A stretch of DNA of 63,951 nt, counting the filler, from Cercozoa sp. M6MM (lineage: Eukaryota; Protista; Endomyxa: Ascetosporea): assembly GCA_040357565.1 (NCBI GenBank). It is 10 parts of 10 records of this genome, joined end to end, with 100 filler letters (N's around TTAATTAATTAA, not from the genome) between each part and the next. Parts side by side here need not be neighbours in the genome. Positions count along the whole stretch, not along the records: positions 1 to 5,709 come from JBDODJ010000860.1; positions 5,810 to 10,809 come from JBDODJ010000997.1; positions 10,910 to 15,197 come from JBDODJ010001181.1; 7 more parts are not named here. One strand, written 5' to 3'. A model generated the notes under the pieces. That model searched no databases and was not told the DNA's origin. It saw nothing but the letters and a program-made list of their open reading frames with translations. Within the stretch, counting starts at the first letter, position 1; the number at the start of each line of letters is the position of its first letter. The position numbers and the translations under genes were made by a program. Below, piece after piece: positions 1-14,258 of this stretch.

Positions 1-1142
1 CCCCCCCCCCCCCCCCCCCGAGGTAGGCATCTTCCGGTACGTGCGCGACCTGCAGGCGGGCGAGCGACCGTCGTTGCCAGAGTGGCTACCGGCACTGCAT
101 CCGGTGGCCAGACTGGTGGCCGACTGTACTCCTACCCCTACCCCCTACCCCTACCCCTACCCCCCCCCTAGGGTGGGGACTCGGCCCGGGTCGGCGGCCG
201 ACGTTTGTGGAGATTGCGGCGGGACTGCAGAGGATCCGCGAAGGGCTGGCTGGTTATCCTTTACCCCCTCCTTTTCCCCCCCCCCCTTTACCCCCCCCCT
301 CCCCTGGTAGGCGACGAGTTGCGACACTTGGTGATCGCGGTGCCGACAATGTAAATCGAACCGAACGGAACTGACTGAACTGTCCTGTCACGTTAATACT
401 GTTTCTGCAGCCTTCAGTTTAGTGTTACAGACTTAGTTGGTTTCCTAGAGGACTCAACTGACAGCACGGCACCACAAAGGAACGTAGTACAGCAGGAAAG
501 TCTGTTCTTGCGTAGGGGAGTNNNNNNNNNNNNNNNNNNNNNNNNNNNNNNNNNNNNNNNNNNNNNNNNNNNNNNNNNNNNNNNNNNNNNNNNNNNNNNN
601 NNNNNNNNNNNNNNNNNNNNNCCCCCCCCCCCCCCCCCCCGAGGTAGGCATCTTCCGGTACGTGCGCGACCTGCAGGCGGGCGAGCGACCGTCGTTGCCA
701 GAGTGGCTACCGGCACTGCATCCGGTGGCCAGACTGGTGGCCGACTGTACTCCTACCCCTACCCCCTACCCCTACCCCTACCCCCCCTCTAGGTTGGGAA
801 TTCGACCCGCGTCGCCGTCCGACGTTTGTGGAGATTGCGGCGCGACTGCAGAGGATCCGCGAAGGGCTGGCTGGTAGTCCTTTACCCCTTCCTTTACCCC
901 CCCCCCGTTGGCCCCCCCCCTCCCCTGGTAGGCGACGAGTTGCGACACTTGGTGATCGCGGTGCCGACAATGTAAATCGAACCGAACGGAACTGACTGAA
1001 CTGTCCTGTCACGTTAATACTGTTTCTGCAGCCTTCAGTTTAGTGTTACAGACTTAGTTGGTTTCCTAGAGGACTCAACTGACAGCACGGCACCACAAAG
1101 GAACGTAGTACAGCAGGAAAGTCTGTTCTTGCGTAGGGGAGT
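1..1142. repeat. ~520-bp near-identical duplication (1-521 and 622-1142) across a 100-N gap; probable assembly artefact
   Basis: Copies differ almost only just after the poly-C tracts. Copy 1 has mostly X-to-G changes that destroy the CWEFDP kinase motif. Confidence 0.75.
644..975 (+). CDS. TKL-type protein kinase, 3' end only (3 exons)
   Basis: Spliced translation VGIFRYVRDLQAGERPSLPEWLPALHPVARLVADC|WEFDPRRRPTFVEIAARLQRIREGLAG|DELRHLVIAVPTM* matches kinase subdomains X-XI (G.RP.lP...CW..dP..RPtF); GT-AG introns are C-rich. Confidence 0.85.
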
Positions 1143-1518
1143 CGAGTGGCCAATAGTATGTCGCCCACGCCAACGGTTCAGTTGGGCGGCAAAACTAGTG
1201 AACGGGAAAGACACCTGTCAGGTGTTTTTACTCAGTTAAAAAGGGTTCTTGACTGGGAAAGGCGTCTCAGTAGCGAGGGGTTGAGAAGTAACTTACATAC
1301 GTTGGCGAAGTACGCAAAAAAAGGCCTCTGAAACGAGCAGAAGCGGAAACAACTGGCTGGAGAGATCAGATGACCTGGCAGGAGAGCTGCAACAGCTTGC
1401 CTTCCCCCCTCGACTACTCAATCATCTTTCAATCAGTACCAAACACAGGGTAAAGAGGTTAGCAACCCGCTGGTTGCCCACAATAAGCACCGTCGGTACC
1501 ACGGTGTTTTCTCTGACA

Positions 1519-2683
1519 GAAACAAGCGACCAATCCCGATCGAACACATGTCGCTGCCAAACAACTCGCGACCAGTAGATCGGCGGTTTGCCCTTCTCAA
1601 AACAACAAAAGACGCTGATGGTGAGTCTCCTCCCCTGCGTATTTTGTGCGCTGTGCCTGTTTGGGCTGCACCTCCTGTTGTTGCTCAGGACTGCGTCGTG
1701 AACTCGTGACGGATCTCGGGGATGCTGCTAACTTCGAAGCCAGAGCGCCAGAAGTGCGCGAAGCAGAAGTGCCACTCAAGATCTCACTTCGCACGATCAA
1801 GCTTGAAAAAAAGCTTGAAAAAAAGTTTGAGCAACGTGTGTTTGTCACACTTGGAGAAGGCGACTCTGCCATCGACATCAACGTCGACGACGTGGCAAGT
1901 AGCCAGCACGAGCCAGAGTCTGAAGTGAACGTGTTTCTCCGTGCCAAGGCTGCTGGCACTGCCTTGCCGCCAGTCGCGGAGGATCTCCTGCGTGGCGACA
2001 CTGTGATCATCCAGCGCTCGCTGCTGGACCTGCTGGTGCGAGGCGACCACACCCGTCATCTCTCCGCCGAGAACGGTTTCAAATATCTGGCGAAAAACGG
2101 TGTAACAATCGTTCTTGAGCGTTTTCCTGTCAATGGCAACAAGCACGTTCTGGGCATCTACTGCGAATTCGACTGGCAACCGTACCGTCTGCTTTGTGTT
2201 CCAGTGTCTTTTGCCGATGCCATGCCACAGGAAGCGGAGCGATCACATCGCAACTGCGCTTGGTCTGGGGACGGAGCGTCTGCACACCACCGGCGAGACT
2301 ATCGACCCGTCTGAACGGCTGCATGTGGTGTCTCGACTCTCTGACTCGGTGCGAGGCATGGACGACGTGTTTGTCATTGGTGAAGTCGATGCTTTCAGCG
2401 GCGCTGATGGTACATATCTTTATCCATCTGTACCTGTGTACATACATGTGTCAGTATAGAGACTTGAGCCTATACTGTGTAGGCAAAGTGTGCCTGCACG
2501 AAGTGAAGACGCGAAAAATGACAGCGACACCCTTCAAGGCGAATCACTTGAAGAAGTACTTCACAGTGGGCGTGAGCAAGTACGTCACCTACTGGCACAC
2601 AGGCACGTCGATCGTGGCCGAGCAGGTCGTCGATTTTGACACCACTCCGCTTGAGGATGAGTATGTATTCTGCATGTGCGTGA

Positions 2684-2715
<32 letters not shown>

Positions 2716-3598
2716 CTGTGTCTGTGTCTGTGTCTGTGTGTACTTGTGTGGTACTTGTGTGTGTTTGTGGTGTTAGCAGGCTGACCGCCAAGGTGGAGGT
2801 GACCGAGAATACCTTTGTCTGGCCAACTGCAACTGCACCAGTCCAGAAGTACGACACGAAACCGAGCAAGAAATGCCCGGAGTGCAAGAACAACGAACAG
2901 TGCGACACCTGCACAAGGAAGAGAAGCTGCGACAAATTCCACTTTCACTTTGCCCGCACTTTCATCGATACCATCAAGGCCGGTATTGGCGGCCGCGTTC
3001 AATTGGCCGAGAACAAGGTGCAGTTCGCGTCACAGAATGGCACTCATCTTATTGACCAAATGCAGGCGAAGCTGGACCCCTTGCAATTCGTGGATTGCAC
3101 TCATTTTCCCAAATGCCGCAACGGTGACGCCTGCCGCTACTACCATAACCCTGCCAAGAACAGCGCACAGAGTGGGTCTTCTTTCTTGTGCCATGGATTG
3201 TTGATCTAAGTTTACATTGTTCCGTCGTACAGCCTCCACAAACACCAAGAACGCTGGAGCGGCGAAACTGACCTCCGCGAGTCCGCGTCCAAGGAATTAT
3301 TTGGAAGCTCTACGTGGCCATAATGCTGGTGGTGACATCGGTGAAAGGGAACAGAAGCAACCGGAGCCAGAAGAACCTTCGCTACAAAGAACCGCGAAGT
3401 CGGTACAGTATTTTAGCTCGACAGTATCGCGTTTTGCATGCTTCGTTTCCGATCAGCGGAGGCCTGAGCTCAAGAGCGACAGGTATCTCTGCTTCATTTA
3501 GAGTATCTACTGGATGGCTACTGTACAATGACAGGCCTCGCCATTCGAATCGTCGCGATCGCAAATCGGGGCGTCGCCGTCGGAGCCGTCGCAGTTAG
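1519..3598 (+). CDS. DXO/Rai1-like PD-(D/E)XK nuclease fused to a C4 motif and a CCCH zinc finger (start uncertain, may extend to ~1158)
   Basis: Ordered motifs after splicing: VIIQRSLLDLL, ALGLGTERL, VFVIGEVDA, LHEVKTR, KKYFTVGVSKYV; then CPEC-x5-CDTC and CTHFPKCRNGDACRYYH. Confidence 0.65.
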
Positions 3599-3902
3599 GG
3601 TGAGTCGGGCGTACGTTCGTGTTTCTGAGTCTGAAGCCGTATGAAGGATGGCATGATGCGTACGTGTGCTGGTGTGCGTTTCTGGCAGTTAATGCACAGC
3701 GAGCTGCAACCGTTCAAGTTAATGCAGGCTAAAAAGCGAAGTCGACTTCATGGTTGGTTCAGGTGGCGGGCTGCAAGGAGAGAACTGCCCGCGCAGTAGA
3801 TTACACACGACCCGGGTTAACGCTGCCACGCGACCGTCCATGATTAGGATGACTTTGGAAAATCACTGTTGTATTGTCCTGTGCCAGTCGTGAGCCGGCG
3901 AC

Positions 3903-5700
3903 TTAATTAGGATAGGCCGCCATGGGACTAACGACGACAGGTTCCGTGTTGAGCGGCAGACCACGTCGACGCCGATTGAGCTTGCTCATCGTGATGAGTG
4001 CAATACCCGACGTGCATAGCAGCAGGCCCAATGGCACCCACGTGCCTGCAGCGCCCGGTAGCCACACCACCGCCGACGATAGCAGCGCTGCTGCCGACAC
4101 TGCTGCGCCAGCACGTGCTTCCACCACGCGCGAACGCACAAAGTAAAACGGCACGTCGTCGCTGTCTGCAGACAGAGGTAAAGTACAGGCATAGGGTCGT
4201 AAATCCCTGGGCGAAAGTTGGTACTGTACCCATGCGAACAAGCCAAGCCGGCGGCACAATGCGCCAGATCGTGTCCGAGTCCTCGTTTTCGTCGATTTCG
4301 TCCACTGTCGCTTCGCTCACGTCGCTGTCATCCACTGCCAGGTCGCCGAGACTGCCGACGTCCTCGAGTGCCGCCACGCTGCACCGTTTCACTAGAACAC
4401 TCCCCGAATCAGTCCAGTCGGAAGTAATACTATACAAAGGCGATACCACAGCCGGCAAAGTACAGCGGTGAGCCGCTTCGCAGACGCCACACGTCGGCTA
4501 GGGCTAGGTGGCAGCTGCATAAAATACACATATGAGTGTTTAATATCTAGCCACCTCTGTATTAGCAGATCTATCAGGATATATATATATATATATACAT
4601 ACACAGTATCTTTACTAAAGTCAGTTTACTCTTGGATTAGATTCTCCTTTCGCTGCTGTTCGCGTTGTTTTCGCAGTTGTGGTGAGATTTCACGGTCCTC
4701 CACTTCGCCATCTGTCTCACCAAGAGAGTCAATCTAGCTTCGACCTGATATGCAACGCAACTGAAGACAACGGTACCACTCAGCTCGCCGTAGACCCGGT
4801 CTTTCGTCGTGGTTTGCGCATAGACACGTCGTGGCACAATCGAGACGCCCAGCACAACCTCGAGCAGGTGATAGAATGAGTTGAGCGCACGCTGTACCGC
4901 GCCGATCGACTCGTCCTCCTTGGTCTCGCTCCAGGTGTTGCACACGGCATCGACGACACTCTCACGCTCGTGCTCCGACAGAAAAGGCAGCAGGTCTGTG
5001 ACTCTCTGTGCGCAGTCTCGAGTAGTTTAATTTGTACAAAGTTAGCTCAGCGTACGCGTGTATCGTACCATTGAACCAGTGCGTCGCGAGGAACGAAGAC
5101 AGACTTCGTGACGCATCACTTCCGACAGGTTGACCCGCTGGAAGTCCTTGGCAAACAACTGCAGCGTGCAGTGCTTTGGGTGCAGTTTCGCAAACTGCGA
5201 TGTCTCTTCGAAACTGACACCGGTTTCTTCGTCCTCATCTTCGTCGAGTGACGGCGTTTGGAGATGCGTTTCGGCCTCTTCAATGTTCAACGCGCGCTCG
5301 TGCGGCTTCTGAGGCGCCACGCGGAGCACCAGCGATGCCGAACCACGTGGGCGCCATCTTAGCCTCATTCGCAAGTCGGCATCATCCACGCCATCTTGCA
5401 GCGCTCTGCTCGTTCAAAGTGCAGTTAAATCAGAGTTCTAATCAACAATGAAGTGGCTTGGTACCGCCGCAGCACGATTCGAGACATGAGCAGCTCGCCG
5501 CGTTTCTCTGGCTGCGTTGACGCTTGATGATCAGCTGTAGGAGTCAGAACTCCAGAACACGGCATCGACGTTTCACCAAACAGTGTCTCGGAGCGGTGCA
5601 CGTCTTTCAGCGCCTTCTGTACTGGAGTTTCGGCGGCTTTCAAGATGAAACTTGCTTTCTTCCAGTCGTCAAAGCTGTGGCATTTCAACGTATTTTCCAT
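3903..5700 (-). CDS. hypothetical multi-exon protein (approximate bounds)
   Basis: Consecutive minus-strand ORF segments (5425-5700, 5042-5389, 4637-4945, 3928-4458) separated by intron-like stretches; no motif recognised. Confidence 0.4.
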
Positions 5701-5709
5701 TTTTTTTTT

Positions 5710-5809
5710 NNNNNNNNNNNNNNNNNNNNNNNNNNNNNNNNNNNNNNNNNNNNTTAATTAATTAANNNNNNNNNNNNNNNNNNNNNNNNNNNNNNNNNNN
5801 NNNNNNNNN
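5710..5809. other. artificial contig spacer N44-TTAATTAATTAA-N44; same at 10810, 15198, 18868, 24074, 42538, 50724, 54372, 58962
   Basis: Identical 100-bp spacers carrying stop codons in all six frames. Confidence 0.99.
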
Positions 5810-6519
5810 CACCCGGATCAACGGTTTAGGAGACCGCTACGTTTCTATTACGCCACCGCCCTAATCCCCGGTCCAGGCACTCGCTCTCGCTGCTCCCGCC
5901 GTCTTCCTGCCGCCTCTGACACAATGTCATGGGCCAGGAAGCCATTCGCACTACACCCCCCTATTGGACGGCACTAAACTGCCGTTTCTAATATCTGCCG
6001 TCTTAAATATCCCCCCAGGCAGATGGCAACCGTCCCGGTTCCACCCGCACACCTCTCGTGTCACTGTCGTGCCCACTCTCGGCCTCGTCCTCGTCGCTCG
6101 ACAAGTCTCGACACAAACTCGCATCCGATGAGACAGACCACAGACTCCGTGTGTCGTCAACGTCCGCTGCATCGCACGCCGCCGTGCGCTCCGCTGGACC
6201 AGTGTGAAACTCCTCGCCCGTGTGCACTTTGTCATCACTACAATTACCATCCCGATTATATATATATATAACATATACATGACATGTAAGTAGGTAAGCT
6301 TCGTGGTACCAACTGTCGCCGCCAAAAACCGAGTCGTGCTTGGACTCCACACTGCTGTCGGTATTGTAGCCGTTGTCATCGCCACTTTCATCGCTTGTTG
6401 TCTCGGCCACCTGCAGCGACACTTGCGACGACGAAACTGCAAGCACACAATCGTATGCATTTCGACATCTATATAACATAAATATATATGTAAATATATA
6501 TATATATACATATCTATAA

Positions 6520-6551
<32 letters not shown>

Positions 6552-6729
6552 AGTTATCTTTCTCACTATCCTTCCTCGCAAAGTGCGAGGACTAACCAAA
6601 GAGTACCAAAGGTACGCAGTGGCCGCGACAGCGACAGCAACGGCAGCGGCGTCGTCTGCGTCTGCGTGCTCATACCCGTGCTCGCTCGCTGTCGACGCAC
6701 ACTGCACACCAATCACTTCGTCCGGCGAA

Positions 6730-6784
<55 letters not shown>

Positions 6785-6787
6785 CAC

Positions 6788-6820
<33 letters not shown>

Positions 6821-6823
6821 TAC

Positions 6824-6857
<34 letters not shown>

Positions 6858-6891
6858 CACACACATACTACACACACACATACACAGACAC

Positions 6892-6954
<63 letters not shown>

Positions 6955-7566
6955 ACACACACACACACACATACACACACACACAATTGTGTTAGTACAT
7001 GATGGCAGGCCGTCGGCGGCGACGCGTGCTTTCGCCAATGTCAGAGTCAGTCGGCCTCACACTACACATCACACATCACACACATCACACACCAGTAAAA
7101 CTCGCTGTACCCACTCAAACCAGAACGTGGCCCTTGCGCCAGTCTACTCACCATCCGGTGCCTACAACATTCGAACAAGTCAAGTGCAATACCAGCAACC
7201 CCCCCAAAAGAGCATCGTGTTGTGTCTATACCAGTTGGCCCTCGCAGCGCGCCGTCGAGACGTGTCCGACTCATCAGAGTGGCGACTAGAATCTCCGTCC
7301 TGACGCCGAGCATTAAGCATCGACGACGACGGGCGTGTCGCGTCAATCACCACCACATTCGAGTCCGTCAATCGCGATCGGTGACTGACTTGGTCACCAT
7401 CAGGATGACTCAGATCCTCAAACAGATCTGCGGTGTCGAGCGCGATCTCGGGCATTTTTTGGTCCGACACGTACGCGCGTGCACAGATCAAGTGCGTGAG
7501 GTAACGCGGGCGCGAAAGTGCCCTGCCTCGTTCGCGAAACTTGAGACCACGCCCGCACCGGCTCAA
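5810..7566 (-). CDS. hypothetical low-complexity acidic protein, multi-exon, 3' end uncertain
   Basis: Exon-like segments (e.g. VAETTSDESGDDNGYNTDSS, DLSSDEDEAESG) between TA- and TG-repeat introns. Confidence 0.4.
6731..6985. repeat. intronic (CA/TG)n compound microsatellite, one example of about 20 in the window
   Basis: Directly visible. Confidence 0.97.
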
Positions 7567-7715
7567 TGACTGCTGTCGAGCCGATCGGCCAAGTTGTTGT
7601 TTTCCAGACTAGCAGTCCGCCTGGGGTTGTGTGGCTTTGAGATCTCTCTGGTTGCAGATTGTTCCGGGGTTTTTAGGCAACTACTTAGGTCCAAAAAGAC
7701 ATATCAGCAGTCACC

Positions 7716-7963
7716 ATGCAACTCCGGTCATGGTATCTGGTGCTGGCAAGCCTGCTCGCACTCGCCAGGGCCGACTATGAAGAGTGCTTAGCAACGCTGG
7801 ATTTCGTAGGTTTCCTTGTCTGCGGTTGAGCGTATATGAAGGTGAGTGGGTAGAGCGTGTCGGGCGCCATGCCGGAATACGACTCGTGTGTGAATCGCTG
7901 CAAGTGCATCCCGTCGATTTCGTCGTAATTAATCCAACTTGTGTGTGTGTGTGTGCGTGTGTG

Positions 7964-8017
<54 letters not shown>

Positions 8018-8027
8018 NNNNNNNNNN

Positions 8028-8076
<49 letters not shown>

Positions 8077-8874
8077 TCTTTGTTAATGTGTGAGTGTTTG
8101 ATAGCTGTGACTTGGTACTGGGCGAGGGATCGAACTCCACCTCAGTCAATGCAGGTACCTCATGAACTCTGTGTGCATGTGTGCGTGCGTGCGTGTGTGT
8201 GCGTGCGTGTGTATTTATTTGCTGTCTGTCAATGTGTTTCCGGTGTCTGGAGGTTCACACTCGATCATCAGCGAATCGTGCGACTGCCGTGTCGGCCTCT
8301 CTGCTGTACAGTGTTCAGCAATGTGTTCTGTGTATGTGTGTCTAAACTGGTCTGGACTGGACTGGACTGGACTGGACTGGACTGGACTGGCAACTCATTC
8401 GACTGAGGTCTCGACTGTTGTAGGTCAAGCGAGCCACGTGGCACCGCAACAACGACATGGCCATCCACGGCATCGCCATCTCCTACAAGGGCGACTTTGT
8501 GAGTTGGCACCTTCATACATTGGCATAGGCATAGGCATAGGCATGTATCTGCATTTGCCGTAGAAACGCTCGTGGAACTTGCCGTTCGCGTACAACAAAA
8601 AGGTTGATTCGTGCCCTCTCTGTTCAGAGGAGAGTATGTATCATGGCTTCTGCAGTACTGCAGCAAGGATGACTTGAAGAAGTTCATCGAGGACCAGTAC
8701 AAGCCGAGTCTGACGCCGCTGCTGACGGTGTGTGTTCTTCTCGTTGATTTGGCACCTACGGTTTGACTGACTGGTACATCGCAGGTGGACCTGACCAAGC
8801 CTAGCAATGCGAGCGTGGTCGATGAGACGTTGGAGACTTCTATCGACAGTGTCAAGCTGTCCCAGGTACTGTAG
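7716..8874 (+). CDS. hypothetical secreted protein
   Basis: MQLRSWYLVLASLLALARA signal-peptide-like start; several GT-AG introns; ends ...DETLETSIDSVKLSQVL*. Confidence 0.5.
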
Positions 8875-9352
8875 TCCTAGCACGCACACAGTCACAGGCA
8901 CTCATGCTCTATTGCTTGAAAACAGCCCGGCCAGACGCGTGCTTCTCTGTGGACGGGCTTCGTCTCAACCTTTGCGCTGATGCTTGTGGTCGGTGCCATC
9001 GTGCGCGCCTCGCCGCTGCTCGCCAAGTAACCGAACCGACGCGACGGTGCAGCGTAGGGGCACTGAGTGACGTTATCGTTGCCCTGTGTGCACAATGCAA
9101 AAGTGCAAACAGTCGAGTACGCGACTGTAAATTTAGAGGATGGAGCAGCTACAGTCTAGTAGCATTTCGACGCGATCGAACTATAGTCCTCATGACCTAC
9201 GCAGGTGAGGTACCAATGTCAGCGCAGTATTTTTGTACTTTGCGCTGACCACGCGGGCCTGTGCGATGACAAGATAAAGAAATTTCGTTTCAGTTCAATT
9301 GAAGTGAGAACATAGTAACCGAGGGAACTGAACGGTGGTGCTTACAAACGGG

Positions 9353-10406
9353 ATGACGCCTTTGAGATGGAGCGGTCTCGACAGCAGTGACAGCGACTCG
9401 GAAGGCGAGGACGCTGAGGTCGAAAAAACACTTCAGACAACTCAAAGGTCAAAGCAAGTTAAAGTACGAGTACCTGCGCCCTCGACACCTCAGACCTCAA
9501 ACAAATGCAAGAGTTCAAAGACTCGAGAAACAGCTTCGCAGTGTCAAGGCGAATTCGAAGCAGTCACTGGCAGTGCAGGTCAACCAAAGTGCTGCAGCTG
9601 CTTCTCTCTTGCAGTTCCTACCAAAGCCCTACTGGGACCTCACTGTACGAAAGCTGGGTACGCTGTGCGCAAGTCATCGACGAGACTCTTGACGGACTTT
9701 GCATGTCAGATCCGCCCTGAATGCGAAAGTGTTGTGACTCAAACTGAAGCCAAGTTTACATCAACTGTACGGGACCGAGCGGTGCAAACAGATACCGAGT
9801 CAGAGTTGGCGGTGCCTGTGATTGAGGCTCGTGCGCGTACAGATCTCAAGAAACCACGTAAAGTCGAATTGAAGGAATCTTTCGGCGTGACGAATTTCCC
9901 TTCGTTCTTCCACGTTTCTGCAGATAGTTCAAGGTCGCGCTCACCTTCTGGTCATGAGCACATGCGCTCTTCTATCGCACCGAGGAAGTTTCGAACAGCG
10001 CAGCGAGACTCGTGCGAGCGCCGACAAACTACAGCTGGGAAACGAGTTTCTCGACGCCTGAACCGCAATCGTGGCGACAGTGATATATTTCGAAGGACGA
10101 CTGAGGAGTTCAGAATGGTGCAAAACCGCGTCGAGAATCTGGTACATTAACGCCTGAGCGGGACTCTGGTGATATTCCAGCACAGCATAGTGAGTCAGTT
10201 GTTTTTTGTAGCTGCGTTCGGAACCCGACAGTGAGAGCAACACGGGTGCTGCCAATGCTGCTAAATTGACAGTTCTGACACCCTTGCCGCGGGAAGGGGT
10301 CGAAGAGAGGACAGATACATGCTCCTTCTTGAAAGACAGGGCAGCTACAAGGATAGCGGAAGCACCGCTCGATTTTCGCAAAGCAAAGTCAATCTTGCTT
10401 AGCTGA
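9353..10406 (+). CDS. disordered hypothetical protein with TQT-like motifs (2 exons)
   Basis: Long open exon from 9353, gtac...tag intron, second exon ending KAKSILLS*; contains SVVTQTE and DRAVQTD. Confidence 0.55.
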
Positions 10407-10909
10407 ACGAAAAAACTCTCAGCTGAAGTGAAGCAGCTTCCAGGAGCTCAACAACAACTCAGCGTTCCATTTAGTTCACTCAACACGGCATCCTCAGCCT
10501 AAGAAAACTATTGTAAAGCAAGTACCGCTCGGAGTTGCGAAGTCAGAAAACAGAAGAGCGTGAAGTGGCGTGGTCCGAGCGCCATCATGCCACTGTCGCA
10601 CAAACTGCTACTGTGGTCACCCCGACACAGGGCAAACAACTTTACAATTTCCTGCGTGCGCGTGCGTCGCCGCAAGCGTGATTGGAGCAGCACTAAATTC
10701 CGCTGGAGGTGACTGACTCCGCTACTGCGCACCGGCAGACGAGAGAAAGGGTGGACGCAAAGAACCCCTGGTTTTGTTATTTGCGTCCACTCTCAGCTGC
10801 CCCCCCCCCNNNNNNNNNNNNNNNNNNNNNNNNNNNNNNNNNNNNNNNNNNNNTTAATTAATTAANNNNNNNNNNNNNNNNNNNNNNNNNNNNNNNNNNN
10901 NNNNNNNNN

Positions 10910-10957
<48 letters not shown>

Positions 10958-10969
10958 AAAGAAGGCACT

Positions 10970-12635
<1,666 letters not shown>

Positions 12636-12767
12636 CCTGGATTCTGATAAAGTGGACGACGACGCTCCTAGCAAGTTCTTTGTCCTACGTCGGATTGCCG
12701 GATTTTTTTGACAATAATAAAACGAACTCCAGGGTGGCGGTTCGGCGTTCATATAGAGTGTGGTAGT

Positions 12768-13544
12768 ATGTACGCGCGACAGGTGGCCCACAGATTGAGT
12801 GAGAAGCACCTGGGACAGGGTGCCGCTCCGCCAGCTGGTAATGATTAGATGAGTTTTCGAGTTTTTTTCGTTTATCCGAGTTGACCGGCAGCAATAAACA
12901 AAGTTTTATGACCCTTTGTGAACAGGTGTTCGCCAGTTACGTGCTTGCAACAAATGTGGTCTGCTGCAGACGCGAAATCAGTGGCGTCGCTCAAGGTGTG
13001 CTGTCTTGTGATTTGTTCTGCTTGCAGCTCGAGTCGCCTTTGTGTAGATGTCCCAACTGTGCAATCGAGATGGAGGATGCTGAAGCTGTGCGACATTACA
13101 CGACGTCGAACTTTGTTGGTACAGCTTTTCCGTGCTGTTGGAAAATTGTTTGCCAAGCAGAGTTGGTGTGCAGGCATGGTGAGCATTATGGATGGTTCCG
13201 ACTCGTGGGCTGCGCGTGCACTGGGCCTTCAGGGCAAGGTATAAGCTCTATTTTAAACCACCTGAGTGTGCTTAATTGGTCTGAAACGAGGCAGGTGATG
13301 GGCTGCTACGCAGTGCGGCATACGAGCACGGAAGGCGACGAGTACGATGAGGCCATTGAAGAGTAATTAGAACCCTTGGTGCTTCATGGCTTTGCTTTGT
13401 GATGTACTTTTGTGTCTGGCGTGAGTACAGACAAATGAGATACGCTGAAGATGATGGCATGGTCGCTTTCGGCGAAGATGGTTCGTTCGATGCTTTTCGA
13501 TGCTTTATTAAATACACGCACACACGCACACACACACACACACA

Positions 13545-13590
<46 letters not shown>

Positions 13591-14258
13591 CACACACGCA
13601 CACACACACACACATACAAATTGTGTGTATCAGAGGACGAGGATGACGACTTTATCGATGACATCGACATTGACTTTGAGGACGAGGGTGCAGTCGGTGT
13701 CGCCAGCAAGAAGAAAGCCGCAAAGGCCAAGAGCAACAAGTCAGCAAAGTCGAAAGCAGCCAAGCAAAAGAAGGCAGCGAAAGAAGAAGAAGAGGACGAA
13801 GACGAAGATTACGACGTCGACAACGATTTTGACGACATTGACGACTTCAACGACTTTGTAGCTTTTGTTTCTCTCTGCTTTTCTGTCTTCCGTGATTCCA
13901 CACACCGTTGCTTTAGAAGGAACCGGCTCCGCGCGGACGCGGAAAGTCCATGGTAATACTGTCTGTGCTATGTGTTTTCTTTATGTGTGTGTGTTGTGTT
14001 TTGCTCGTCTCAGCCGATGGGCGGCGGCAGAGGCAAGATGGTGCAGTCTGCTCATTGTGTACTGTAGGAATGCATGTGTCTGTATGTGATCGTGCGCACT
14101 TGCTCAGGTGCCAATGGGCGGTAAAGGCAAAACCATTATGCCCATTGGTGACGGTGATGACGAATTCGACGGTACTGCCGCTTTGGCCTTACTTCCAGTG
14201 CTGTTTTTTCTCTTGATAAACCCATCGCGCAGACCTTGATGACGACCACGACCTGTAG
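12768..14258 (+). CDS. SPT4: transcription elongation factor Spt4 with long acidic/Lys-rich/GRGK C-terminal extension
   Basis: Spliced LRACNKCGLLQTRNQWRRSRCPNCAIEMEDAEAVRHYTTSNFVGMVSIMDGSDSWAARALGLQGKVMGCYAVR gives the Spt4 Zn ribbon plus the tS.F.G.i....dSWv motif; in-frame spliced tail runs to DDDHDL*. Confidence 0.88.

Noticed and set aside
1-521. Apparent diverged tandem paralogue or hypermutated copy of the kinase 3' end
   Set aside because: Differences cluster right after poly-C and are mostly to G while the 3' flank is identical; typical sequencing error plus scaffold duplication
5754-5765. Recurring TTAATTAATTAA palindrome
   Set aside because: Artificial six-frame-stop linker embedded in N runs
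6003-7002. Long CVCV/HTHT ORFs here and throughout the window
   Set aside because: Translations of intronic dinucleotide repeats
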